Source: an uncultured archaeon
GTDB lineage: Archaea; Thermoplasmatota; Penumbrarchaeia; JASLWR01
Assembly (NCBI GenBank): GCA_964342815.1
Contig: CAYFHS010000013.1
Coordinates: 1 to 64,000, forward strand
Reading direction: 5' to 3'
Length of the DNA: 64,000 nt
Shown here: in pieces, positions 19,901 through 29,010 of the stretch
Layout: each line of letters opens with the position of its first letter
Position numbering within the stretch: position 1 is the first letter of the stretch
The notes under the pieces: model-generated
Told to the model about the DNA's origin: nothing
What the model saw: the letters and a program-made list of their open reading frames with translations, nothing else
The model's database searches: none
Made by a program: the position numbers and the translations under genes

Positions 19901-20688
19901 ATATGGTTGATTGGAATGTTTTGGCCCGGACCGTTGGATCTGATAACTCACATCGATTTGCGGGTCCCGGGAGGAGCGAGCGATATAAATTCAGGGTATG
20001 TGCGGTTGACGGCGCTGGCAACAGCGGTCTCTTTTCCGAAGAACTGGCGACGCTGAATCTAGCCCCTGCTGCAATGATATCCTCTTCAAAGATTGAGTCA
20101 GGTAACATATCATCGGGTGAAACGATATTATTATCTTCAGAGGACTCATTCGATCCCGATGGAGAGATCACAAGCTATTTTTGGAACTTCGGCGACGGGA
20201 CGTTTTCATACCGCTCTTGGGCATATCATACCTTCCGTTATCCACAGGAGTATAATTTGAGCTTGACCGTGTATGACGATTTTGGTAATCATAATCTTAC
20301 CCTTTTAGTACTTAATGTCACCGAGCCCCGGGAGGAGGAGACTGACCAGGGAAGCGGACGTGCTATCAACGAGACCTCAGAACCACCGAATGACCCCATG
20401 GGGGAAAATGAAACAAATGAAACGCAAGTAGAGGGAGACGGCAGTAGAGAAGATAATTTAGCCATTTCAGAAATCCTTATGAAATCCAAGGTAGGCTATG
20501 TCCTTATGGCGACCCTGTTCCTGTTCATCCTGCTCTTCGGGGCAGTGTTCTGTTCAAGCATCATCTTCCGACGACGGGAACGGGATAAGTTCACGCTTTA
20601 CAAATCCCCCGGAACAAGACAAAAAGGCACAAATAGGAAACTTGAAAAGCACCCCAAGAAGAGTAAAGAGAAAAGGAACACCAAGTAA
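16993..20688 (+). CDS. GHL10 (DUF187-like) glycoside hydrolase with CBM/PA14-like, FN3 and PKD domains and TM anchor; paralogue 1
   Basis: EYRGMW, EAHKRGIEVHVW, DGLRMD, IDYITPMIY; GADDGVKVWIN PA14-like motif; FN3 YKFRVCAVDGAGN; PKD WNFGDG; C-terminal TM. Confidence 0.8.
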   Translation: MIKIYRQYGARGKYLIIASVAILLLSASIIGTNVELLSIVCQEKRAERNEDMQANRLISGQRNEFIEYRGMWTVGYSIVNMSNILELVNFAQDNNFNVVSPLINGDRNGVYYNSKYQPKHVDVDPDFDPLLNLCIEAHKRGIEVHVWIHPHDNIWAFQQHPEFRANGANRFNTNRPDVREYMVDTFMEMASYPIDGLRMDHLYIPDSNDAYTNQLFLESGYTSRSKWNFDMFTEMIRMYRERLNEYKPEFWLSMDGGPGRTWINDGLIDYITPMIYTTSTSSFRSSIRSNVNGVNGKPVIAGPYVYYPGNTAHGRVNSAEEGRNLLVEQIRIAFDQGADGVCLFRYEFLRDNPSFAWALKTGPFSSYTRPPIKEQTVPSKQRRWEFNDQTLREGWELYPRRNDYPLSGQWKIHNAASGTQIVSPLVNIAPGNVTTLEFRARNDGDLPITLSFEWRKGNSMVPDPGNEQVTFTLPPDNAFHVYSKRLDSVEGWPKNTSRNPINILNVSRIQFSIISGNDPGTMLAFDYVRLLSVPICQKEWLLLGPFPNVDYEHAINTDHLRIDVNHSDDLNISICPKPGDIICGLEWQLFDTPRDYIDFKEIYLDTPFNVMYAFSYILAESGGDCNLLVGADDGVKVWINEELVLEDETISINSEPNEFTIPIHVKRGLNTLLVKIAQKSDEFGFFIRIIDKDKRSAENNIAFYPVLPEIPTPIPDDFREGWNDTTPPYFRFNLVKVDDPAPFFDISTYWWAVDSSEPERIMVSEQDRMNGYLNVSLSEQSDGIHVFSVKAQDAFGRNSTWGKHEFYIDRATPSYSPPIPDRTIITPADFQMGMAHLEWTWNATVIPSSGIARTELMVGTAPGKADIDNNTVNGIITSYSFPIMTERYEFVYLTVVPVSGVGIEGPISASSERVTVDFTPPERISSLKVEVQLSADKRSVEAYVISWESVQDRGVGSGIDHYIVEYRSQNMVDWNVLARTVGSDNSHRFAGPGRSERYKFRVCAVDGAGNSGLFSEELATLNLAPAAMISSSKIESGNISSGETILLSSEDSFDPDGEITSYFWNFGDGTFSYRSWAYHTFRYPQEYNLSLTVYDDFGNHNLTLLVLNVTEPREEETDQGSGRAINETSEPPNDPMGENETNETQVEGDGSREDNLAISEILMKSKVGYVLMATLFLFILLFGAVFCSSIIFRRRERDKFTLYKSPGTRQKGTNRKLEKHPKKSKEKRNTK

Positions 20689-20706
20689 TATAAAGTTAAG
20701 CTCAAG

Positions 20707-23700
20707 GTGGTCATTATACATCTGCATAGAAAAATCCGTTTGGAATACATATTGCTCACCGTGGCGGTTTTATTACTGTTTTCCGGGTCGTTTCCGAGAA
20801 TTACTCAGGACCAGATTTCACGTGTCCTTGGGAAAAAAGGAAATGAGCGAACCGAAGACTTCGTTGATATTCAGTTTGATTCCCAAGCTAGAAATGAATT
20901 TGTGGAGTACCGGGGTATGTGGTGTGATGGTTACAAGATCGTCAATCGATCGGAAATCTTAAACCTTGTTAATTTTGCACAAGATCACAATATAAACGTA
21001 TTAAGCCCTCTTATAAACGGTCATTCTGCCGGTGTATTCTATAATTCTGAGCTGTATCCCAAGCACACGGATGTCCGTCCGGATTTCGATCCTCTCATGA
21101 CCCTGTGCATAGAAGCCCATAAAAGAGGTATAGAGATTCAGCCTTGGATCCATATGTGTTACAATAGACTTGCCAGGCAGGGTCATCCTGAATGGGCTCA
21201 AGAAAATAGTGGTGGTTCAAAGAGCTCAGTATGGATTAATCCGGCCCGGCCGGATGTGAGACATCACCTAGTAGAAATGATGATGGAGATGGCCGGGTAT
21301 CCGCTGGACGGCTTGAAAATGGACACGATCCGATATGGCGGGAGTGGTTACTCTTACGACGCTTACTCGAATCAGGCTTTTGCGGATTCGGGATACTCCA
21401 ACCGTGCGCAGTGGCAGCGCGATCAGGTAACTGAACTGGTTCGTATGGTAAGAGCGGCAGTGAACGAATACAAACCCTATCTGTGGATTGGGGCGGACGT
21501 GTGGCAGGATTATGGTTCATGGTATAATGGTGTCTTCCAGGAGAGTCGGGCATGGACCGCTGAAAATCTAATTGATTATATACAGATCATGGGCTACACA
21601 ACGAACGACGGTTCTTTCAGAAACGGGGTGGACAGCTACGTGGACCACAAAGACGATAACCTTGTGAATGCCGGCCCTTATGCCTTTGTTCCGGGGAATA
21701 ACGCCCACGGGAGAGTAAATAACGAAACCGAAGGAATTAATCATCTCATCGATCAAATAGAGATCGCACGAGAGGAGGGAGCCGACGGAATCAGCATCTT
21801 CAAATACGAGTTCCTGCAAACTCATCCCACATACGGATGGGCATTGATGTTGAATCCCTATGCTCAATATGCCCGCCCGCCCATAAAAGAACAGAGGGTT
21901 CCGGTCAAACAGAGGCGGTGGGAGTTCAATGAAACAACTATGCGAGAAGGGTGGGAACTGTATCCCCGCAGGAATGATTATCCACAAAATTACCAATGGA
22001 CGGTTCATGACGCAGTACCCGGAACAAAGCTTGTCTCCCCTTTGATCAATGTCGTCCCCGGTAATGTTACCACATTGGAGTTCCGGGCAAGGAACCATGG
22101 AAAAAAACCGGTCACCTTGGGCTTTGAATGGCGCGAGGGACCTGAAATGGTTCAAGATCCCTCCGCCGAAACCCTCTCGTTCACAATACCCCCCGACAAT
22201 ACATTCCACATCTACAGTAAAAGACTTGAATCGGTGGCCGGTTGGAATTCGAACGGCTCAAGAAATGAAATCAATATTTCAAATATCTCCCGTATTCAAT
22301 TTTCGGTTATTTCCGCTGATGATCCCGATACGACATTGGCATTTGACTATATTCGATTGCTCAATGTCCCCATATGTCAGAAGGAATGGCTACTGCTTGG
22401 ACCGTTCCCGAATGCGGACTATGAGCATGCCATGGAAATCGATCATCTCAGAATCGGAACTAATTCATCCGAAGGGCTGAACTTATCCATAGGTCCTATC
22501 CCAGGGGATATCCTCTCCGGTAACGAATGGCAGTTGTTCAATACCTCCCGGGATTACATAGATTTTAGAGACATCGATCTTGCAAACGATTTCAATGCCA
22601 TGTATGCATTTTCGCAGATAATTGCCGACCCTGGAGGAGAATACGATTTTCTCATTGGTGCGGATGACGGCGTAAAGGCTTGGGTAAATGGTGAAATTGT
22701 GGTGTCCGAGGAAAAGATTGCCATTAATTCCGAACCCAACGAATACATCATACCCATCAACCTAAAGAGAGGTCTCAATTCTTTGTTGATCAAAGTGGTT
22801 CAGGAATCGGACGAGTTCGGATTCTATGCTAGGATCACGGATCCCATGAATCGTTCCATAAGCGATAATATCACTTACTACCCGGTCTTACCGGAGATAC
22901 CAATACCAATACCCGATGATTTCCAGGCAGGGTGGAGTGTTTCACCAAAACCTCGATTCCGATTCAATCATAGTCCGATAAATGATCCTTCCCATTTCTT
23001 CGAGGTTCCAAGCTACTGGTGGCGTGTTGACTTCGGAGAACCCCAATCCATTACCGTGACCGACATGGACCGGATGAACGGGTATTTGGAGATCGAGCCC
23101 CCCATACAATCAAACGGTAATCATGTATTTGAGGTAAGAGCACAAGATAAACTTGGCAGGAACGGGCCGTGGGGCAAGCATGAGTTCAACATCGATGATG
23201 CGGTGCCGTCCTACAGCTCTCCGATCCCCGATAAACTGCTGATAATCCCGCTTGAAAGCGAAATTGGATCCGAGCAGGTCACCTGGACATGGAACGTAAC
23301 GCATCTGCCTTTATCCGGCATCGTTCAAACGAAGATAATGATCGGGACCGGCCCCGGCAAAGCTGATGTCTATGAGAAGACGGTCCCGGGAATGCTTAGC
23401 TCTTTCACCTTGCCGATTTCAACCGATTGGGACGAATTTATCTATTTGACCGTGGTACCGCTAAGTAGAGCTGGGTTGGAGGGGGCGCCCTCTTGCTCGA
23501 GCAAGGGGGTTTTGATAGATTTTACACCGCCCAGGAAAATCACCTCAATGAAGCTGGATATACTTCGGTCTTCTGACAAGCGAAGTGTGGATGCTTGCGT
23601 CATTACCTGGGACCCTACCCCGGATCACGATATGGGTACTGGAATAGACCATTACATGTTGGAATACAGCAGCCAGAACATTATTGATTGGCATGTTTTA

Positions 23701-24573
23701 GCGAGGATCCCAGGAACGGAAAGCTCATATCTATTTGCCAAGCCCAAAAAGAGTGAAAGATATAAATTCAGGATATATGCTGTGGACGGGGCAGGAAATA
23801 GCGGTCCTCTTTCCGAAGAACTTGTGATACCCAATCTTCCCCCCATGGCAATGATAACTTCTACAAAGTTCGTAACTGATAACATATCTACGGGGGAAAC
23901 AATATTTTTGTCTTCTCAAGACTCATTTGATCCCGATGGTGAGATCACAAGTTATTTTTGGAACTTCGGCGACGGGACGTTCTCTTACCGCCCGTGGGTA
24001 TACCATACTTACCGTTATCCCCAGAAGTATAATCTGAGCCTAACCGTATATGACGATTTCGGAAATCATAAACTGACACTTATTGTTATCAATGTCACCG
24101 ATCCTCGGGTGAATGATACTGACGGGGAAGGGGGACCTGGGATCAATGATACAGCAGGGACGGAGAATGCCCCGGCGGGGGAAAATGAAACAAATGGAAC
24201 ACAAGGGGATGAAGACGATGGTAAAAAAAATAACATACCCATTTTAGAAATCATTATGAAATCCAAGATAAGCTATGTCCTTCTAGGCACTCTCTTCGTG
24301 TTCATCCTGCTCTTCGGAACAGTATTCATTTCAAGATTTATCTTACGACGGCAGGAACAGGTTCGGTTTTCACGATATAATTCCATTGGCCCACGGATCA
24401 ATTCGGTCAAAAATGGTTTTGTTGAACCTCCACCCGCTCATATACCCAAAAAACACCAAAAAAAAGAAGGGGCTGCATCCGAGCGGACCTCCAAATCATC
24501 AAAAAATTCGCCCAAAAAAGGAGGGGGTAATAACGAGAGGAAACTCGTTCCTATTCGTAAAAAGAAGAATTAA
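20707..24573 (+). CDS. GHL10 (DUF187-like) glycoside hydrolase with CBM/PA14-like, FN3 and PKD domains and TM anchor; paralogue 2
   Basis: Collinear with upstream gene; EYRGMW, EAHKRGIEIQPW, WINPARPDVR, DGLKMDTIRY, IDYIQIMGY. Confidence 0.8.
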   Translation: MVIIHLHRKIRLEYILLTVAVLLLFSGSFPRITQDQISRVLGKKGNERTEDFVDIQFDSQARNEFVEYRGMWCDGYKIVNRSEILNLVNFAQDHNINVLSPLINGHSAGVFYNSELYPKHTDVRPDFDPLMTLCIEAHKRGIEIQPWIHMCYNRLARQGHPEWAQENSGGSKSSVWINPARPDVRHHLVEMMMEMAGYPLDGLKMDTIRYGGSGYSYDAYSNQAFADSGYSNRAQWQRDQVTELVRMVRAAVNEYKPYLWIGADVWQDYGSWYNGVFQESRAWTAENLIDYIQIMGYTTNDGSFRNGVDSYVDHKDDNLVNAGPYAFVPGNNAHGRVNNETEGINHLIDQIEIAREEGADGISIFKYEFLQTHPTYGWALMLNPYAQYARPPIKEQRVPVKQRRWEFNETTMREGWELYPRRNDYPQNYQWTVHDAVPGTKLVSPLINVVPGNVTTLEFRARNHGKKPVTLGFEWREGPEMVQDPSAETLSFTIPPDNTFHIYSKRLESVAGWNSNGSRNEINISNISRIQFSVISADDPDTTLAFDYIRLLNVPICQKEWLLLGPFPNADYEHAMEIDHLRIGTNSSEGLNLSIGPIPGDILSGNEWQLFNTSRDYIDFRDIDLANDFNAMYAFSQIIADPGGEYDFLIGADDGVKAWVNGEIVVSEEKIAINSEPNEYIIPINLKRGLNSLLIKVVQESDEFGFYARITDPMNRSISDNITYYPVLPEIPIPIPDDFQAGWSVSPKPRFRFNHSPINDPSHFFEVPSYWWRVDFGEPQSITVTDMDRMNGYLEIEPPIQSNGNHVFEVRAQDKLGRNGPWGKHEFNIDDAVPSYSSPIPDKLLIIPLESEIGSEQVTWTWNVTHLPLSGIVQTKIMIGTGPGKADVYEKTVPGMLSSFTLPISTDWDEFIYLTVVPLSRAGLEGAPSCSSKGVLIDFTPPRKITSMKLDILRSSDKRSVDACVITWDPTPDHDMGTGIDHYMLEYSSQNIIDWHVLARIPGTESSYLFAKPKKSERYKFRIYAVDGAGNSGPLSEELVIPNLPPMAMITSTKFVTDNISTGETIFLSSQDSFDPDGEITSYFWNFGDGTFSYRPWVYHTYRYPQKYNLSLTVYDDFGNHKLTLIVINVTDPRVNDTDGEGGPGINDTAGTENAPAGENETNGTQGDEDDGKKNNIPILEIIMKSKISYVLLGTLFVFILLFGTVFISRFILRRQEQVRFSRYNSIGPRINSVKNGFVEPPPAHIPKKHQKKEGAASERTSKSSKNSPKKGGGNNERKLVPIRKKKN

Positions 24574-24651
24574 TAAATTTGAGAGAAACATAATTCTCAA
24601 TCGACAATTATAAAACGAATTCAGAAGTGAAAATTCATAGTAAGCATCAGA

Positions 24652-26166
24652 GTGGTGGCTTTCATATTGACCTTGATCATAATAGTGCCAATGTTCTTCC
24701 TGCCAAATACCATAGGATTATACATACGCGACCCGAAGGAAATTACCCAAGAACAGTCCCAGGAGCTCATTATATGGAAGTTCGACCAAAGAACATTCTC
24801 GGCAATAATGATTTTTGTGATAGAAGGTTTCTATTATTTTTTCCTTATAGCAACCCTTTTTCCCGGGATATTCCTCATAATATGGTCAACCCTCGCCAAA
24901 TGGAGAGAGGGGCATCCCATTCATGGGAAAATGTCCTTGAATGAGATTAAAAAGGACGACAAAATAATTAAAAAGCGTAAGAAATTCTTCTCCCTCACTC
25001 GAAGCGATAGGGACTATCTTCCCATGGGTCTCTACAAGGAAACGGAATTTCCAATTAATCTGACTGAAGATCTGACCAAATTCAACGATTATCCTGACAT
25101 ATCCTTAATAATTCCCTGCTACAATGAAGAGCAAAATGTTGCCCAAGCCATCGAGAATGCCTATTTGCAGGATTATCCGGGAAAAATGGAGATCATAGTT
25201 GTGGACGACGGGTCGAGGGATAATACCAGAGCCATTTGCGAGATTCTAAAGGAGAACGGCAAGGACCGCAAGATAATAGCCCTTCATAAATCCAATGGCG
25301 GCAAAGCAAGCGCCATCAACCTTGGCCTGGATCATGCTAAGGGCAAGATAATAATAACCACCGACGGCGATTCTCATTTTAATCGGGATTGCGTATCCTC
25401 TATCATACATGAGTTCAAGAGGCATCCAAAAGCAGGTATAATAGGGGGTTTCGTGCTTATAAGAAACACTGAAAAGGGGTATCTCGTCAAACTTCAGCAA
25501 ATGGAATATATTCTCACACAGCATGCCGTACGTATCCCACAGAGTGAGATGGGGAATGTGTTGATAGAACCGGGGCCCGTATTTGGTATCCGGGCGGATG
25601 TGGCCAAGCGATATCCCTGTTTGACAAGAACATGCTGTGAAGATGTGGATCTAACCCAAACGGTACTCGGCTGCGGATACCCGACTCGAACCGCTCTCGG
25701 TGCGGTGTCACTGACAAACGCTCCCACCACCTGGCGTCAATGGTACAACCAACGGAAACGATGGATTTACGGACAATATCAGTCATGGCGTGAAAACAAA
25801 CATTTCCTGAAACGGAATCTATGGGGCCTGTACATGTACTTTACGTGGTTGTCCTCCTTTATAACGCTATGTATTCTCATTACGCTTATGGTGGTCACGT
25901 TCATACTTCTGCCTATGCTGTATTTCAACCAGTATCTTTTTGTGTTTATTTCGGTTCGTACGGTATTGATCGTTCTTATATATCTTATTGTGAGGGTAAT
26001 CGTCCTATACCAGTATAAGGAGGGAAAATCCGTCATCCTTTACCTTCCCTTCAAGGTGATATATGATCTGTTGAATAGTCTGCTCTCCGCTGTACTTTAT
26101 TTCAGGTTCGTGACCGGATTGGGAGTTAAGATCCGGTGGGGTGAAAAAACCATAAAACTGCGTTGA
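24652..26166 (+). CDS. Processive GT2 glycosyltransferase (IcaA/PgaC/NodC/chitin-synthase-like superfamily)
   Basis: IPCYNEE, VDDGS, NGGKA, TTDGD, CCED and QRKRW give the full D,D,D,QxxRW signature; 2 N-terminal and ~3 C-terminal TM helices. Confidence 0.9.
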   Translation: MVAFILTLIIIVPMFFLPNTIGLYIRDPKEITQEQSQELIIWKFDQRTFSAIMIFVIEGFYYFFLIATLFPGIFLIIWSTLAKWREGHPIHGKMSLNEIKKDDKIIKKRKKFFSLTRSDRDYLPMGLYKETEFPINLTEDLTKFNDYPDISLIIPCYNEEQNVAQAIENAYLQDYPGKMEIIVVDDGSRDNTRAICEILKENGKDRKIIALHKSNGGKASAINLGLDHAKGKIIITTDGDSHFNRDCVSSIIHEFKRHPKAGIIGGFVLIRNTEKGYLVKLQQMEYILTQHAVRIPQSEMGNVLIEPGPVFGIRADVAKRYPCLTRTCCEDVDLTQTVLGCGYPTRTALGAVSLTNAPTTWRQWYNQRKRWIYGQYQSWRENKHFLKRNLWGLYMYFTWLSSFITLCILITLMVVTFILLPMLYFNQYLFVFISVRTVLIVLIYLIVRVIVLYQYKEGKSVILYLPFKVIYDLLNSLLSAVLYFRFVTGLGVKIRWGEKTIKLR

Positions 26167-26249
26167 TATGATGATCCTTCGTATGAAAGGTAGAAATGTA
26201 AAAACTTCAACACCCGGGGAATAAAATAATACGAAAGAGGCCGAAGCTA

Positions 26250-28949
26250 ATGAAAAAGCGTCCAAAAAAGGCAATGCGGAAGAAAAGCAAAAAGCACTCG
26301 CACCAGTGCTTCAACTGCAAAACACCGTTTCTGCCGGACCAAGAACCACTCTGTTTAAGATGCAGGACCACTCTCGCGGATGATTTCTTCATCAATCTCA
26401 ATTTCGTTTATGCCCTTTCCCTTGTTGGAATTATTGCCAACCTGTACCTTTTATATCCGGCATCAATGGGAACATTGACCGATATCTTAAACCTGGAAGG
26501 GAGTCGTACTATCAGTACTCTTCAATGGCTGGCCCTGGCAATCCTCTTTCTCATGCTTGGAGTTACATATTTCAATTTGTTCAAGATAAGAAGCATTGCA
26601 TTCCATCGGGAAAGCATACGGTTTTTTGGATTATATCTGGCAATAATGCTGGCCTGTTTCGGTCTGGTGTACGGGGTACACAGTCTCGATGAACTTTCAT
26701 CGAGAACAGTTATCGGCGCGGGTATTCTGAACTTATCCATCATATTGGGAATCTTCAATAGGAAATATCTATCCCGATTATCCGGGGCATCCCTTTCCAT
26801 TCTTGTTTTTGGCGTCACGTTATTAATGATCGTATTGGTTAGGGCAAGTCTCGGAGTCGGCGATACGGGAACAAATTGGTTTTTCCAATTTCCCGGGCTT
26901 GCGATCATCGGTCTCGCGGGATTGATGATAGGCATTCTTCTTATTTCCAGAAGAATGAATATTGTACCAAAGACCTTCGGATATTACAACCTCTGGACCC
27001 TTGGAATTACTTTCAATACCGGGATGTTCGCTTTCTATAAAATTTTCGCCAAACGGATCACCATCACGAACGAAGTGTTGATAATCATAATCGGGCTTAA
27101 TACGCTTCTACTAGTAATAAGCCTTACACATTATGCAATTAAAAGGTATCTGGACATGCGATTTCAAACGATACTGCTCACAATAAAACAGCATATGGAA
27201 GATAGCTACAGATTCATCAAGGCGGGGGAATATTTCTATGCGTTGAAAGCCATCAATACAAGTTTCGAGCTAAATCCGCTGCATAACATCGATAAGATAA
27301 GTGGGGAGGACGATGGCAAAAGGTTTGGAGGCCTGATGAAGGGCCTTAACATCAATGGGAAAGAAATTCCCCGAAATATAGCCATAGGAAACAAAAAAAT
27401 CAAATTGGATAATTTTAATGGGAATTTCAAAGGTTCGGAGCTTGCATGGATAAAGAAAGCTGAGCTTGCAATAATTAAGGGCAACATACCTGAAGCGGTA
27501 AAATGCTATAAAAACGGGATAAAAGCGAATCCTAAACTCGGCGAAACATGGCTGGAGCTGGGCAACCTTTATGCCAGTTTGAAAGGATTTACAGGTAAAG
27601 CCAGGAAATGCTACGAAAAAGTATTGAAACTGAAAGCGGAAGCGATCAGGAGACTTACGAAAGGCAAACTGCCGCTTCGATATATCTCTTGGCTGATAGT
27701 AAGCTACCTTTTTTATGAGATTTCTTTGCGTAAAAAAAGCTCTATTCTCGGAAGCGTTGCCCACGGGAATCTGGGTGAAGCAGAACGTCTTTACGGGAAA
27801 AGAGCATATATTAGGGGAGTCAGCGGAAGTGAATCTCGAGAGATACATGCATCGGATCTAACGATGTATGAGGAAAAAAAACCTACTTTTCAGGACAAAA
27901 CTGGAAAAAAAAGTAAAAAAGTTGACGCTGGCCTTGGATTAAAGTGGGACGATACGATTGGCTCGGGGATGAAAAAGAAGAAAGAAGGGCGTTATTCCTT
28001 AGCAGCTTTTGACAGCGATTATTCAGTCGAGACCCATAGGTATAAAATTCGCACATCGGCTTCAAACAGAGAGCAGGCTATAGATGGTTATTTTAGGATA
28101 TTAGGTGAGTTTGGTATTGATAATATTTCAGCCGATTCTGATGAAGAAAATGTGTCCGTGCCTCCAATAAAAAAGAGAAAACGAAAGAAAAAGAGGGGGC
28201 GTGGCCCTCAAAAGAAGGATTCGAATAAAAAAGCTAGCAAGGGGAAAATTAAAAAAAGGAAGGGACGACGAAAGGGGCAAAAGAGGAAAATACCGAAGGA
28301 TGGTGAAACAAGGGGAGTTGAGGGGGAATATATCAGTACACCTCCCAAAAAAGTGGATGAAGCAGAAAATGAGATTGAACAAAAAGAAAAATTGAAAGAA
28401 ACCAAAAGTAAAGAAGAAGGAAAAATAAAAGCGAGTCCCCGTGAAAGTAGGGGAGAGAGAGATAATCTTCCAAAAGATCCGGAAAAAGAATTGGAAGAAG
28501 AGAAAAGGGAAGATGCTGAGATGGAAACGAAAATAATCGGGGAAGATGGAGCCGCCGGTCAAATGGTTTCCAAGAAGCTTGAGGAAGAGGTGGAATGGGC
28601 CGTTTCTGAGAGCTTGAAGGAGGGAGCGGGAACCAAAGGGAGGAGGAAGGAACCATCCGAGGATTTTGGGGAACCGGCGGTGGATGAGGTTGAAATCCCC
28701 GAGGTCAGCCGTGAAATCATAAAGGATGAAGTAGAAACTTCAGAGGCTGAACCTGAAACAACGGGGGGTGAAGTGGGAGCGCGGGAAGCTGGTACAAAAC
28801 CCATATATGAGGTGAAGGAAAAAGAGGTCTCGCAGGTATTATCCGATACAACTGATACAGAAAAACAAGATGTCTCGGAAGAAAGCCCGCTCGATGAATT
28901 GATGAACCTATTAAACGTTAGGGACCTTGAGGACGAAGGCGAGTTATAG
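26250..28949 (+). CDS. Multi-pass membrane protein with N-terminal zinc ribbon, TPR repeats and charged C-terminal tail
   Basis: CFNC...CLRC; ~9 hydrophobic segments; TPR-like AVKCYKNGIKANPKLGETWLELGNLY; K/E-rich low-complexity tail. Confidence 0.7.
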   Translation: MKKRPKKAMRKKSKKHSHQCFNCKTPFLPDQEPLCLRCRTTLADDFFINLNFVYALSLVGIIANLYLLYPASMGTLTDILNLEGSRTISTLQWLALAILFLMLGVTYFNLFKIRSIAFHRESIRFFGLYLAIMLACFGLVYGVHSLDELSSRTVIGAGILNLSIILGIFNRKYLSRLSGASLSILVFGVTLLMIVLVRASLGVGDTGTNWFFQFPGLAIIGLAGLMIGILLISRRMNIVPKTFGYYNLWTLGITFNTGMFAFYKIFAKRITITNEVLIIIIGLNTLLLVISLTHYAIKRYLDMRFQTILLTIKQHMEDSYRFIKAGEYFYALKAINTSFELNPLHNIDKISGEDDGKRFGGLMKGLNINGKEIPRNIAIGNKKIKLDNFNGNFKGSELAWIKKAELAIIKGNIPEAVKCYKNGIKANPKLGETWLELGNLYASLKGFTGKARKCYEKVLKLKAEAIRRLTKGKLPLRYISWLIVSYLFYEISLRKKSSILGSVAHGNLGEAERLYGKRAYIRGVSGSESREIHASDLTMYEEKKPTFQDKTGKKSKKVDAGLGLKWDDTIGSGMKKKKEGRYSLAAFDSDYSVETHRYKIRTSASNREQAIDGYFRILGEFGIDNISADSDEENVSVPPIKKRKRKKKRGRGPQKKDSNKKASKGKIKKRKGRRKGQKRKIPKDGETRGVEGEYISTPPKKVDEAENEIEQKEKLKETKSKEEGKIKASPRESRGERDNLPKDPEKELEEEKREDAEMETKIIGEDGAAGQMVSKKLEEEVEWAVSESLKEGAGTKGRRKEPSEDFGEPAVDEVEIPEVSREIIKDEVETSEAEPETTGGEVGAREAGTKPIYEVKEKEVSQVLSDTTDTEKQDVSEESPLDELMNLLNVRDLEDEGEL

Positions 28950-29010
28950 AAATTACCGGATTTCGAAAAAACAGATGTCCGCACCAAGATTAGATCATGA
29001 GGTGAACAGT

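Noticed and set aside
20498-20962. 154-aa ORF bridging the two GHL10 genes
   Set aside because: Alternate-frame overlap of two real CDSs with no motifs.
24627-24944. Overlapping +1-frame ORF as a frameshifted GT2 start
   Set aside because: The 24652 frame already gives a plausible TM N-terminus; no slippery site or homology supports a frameshift.
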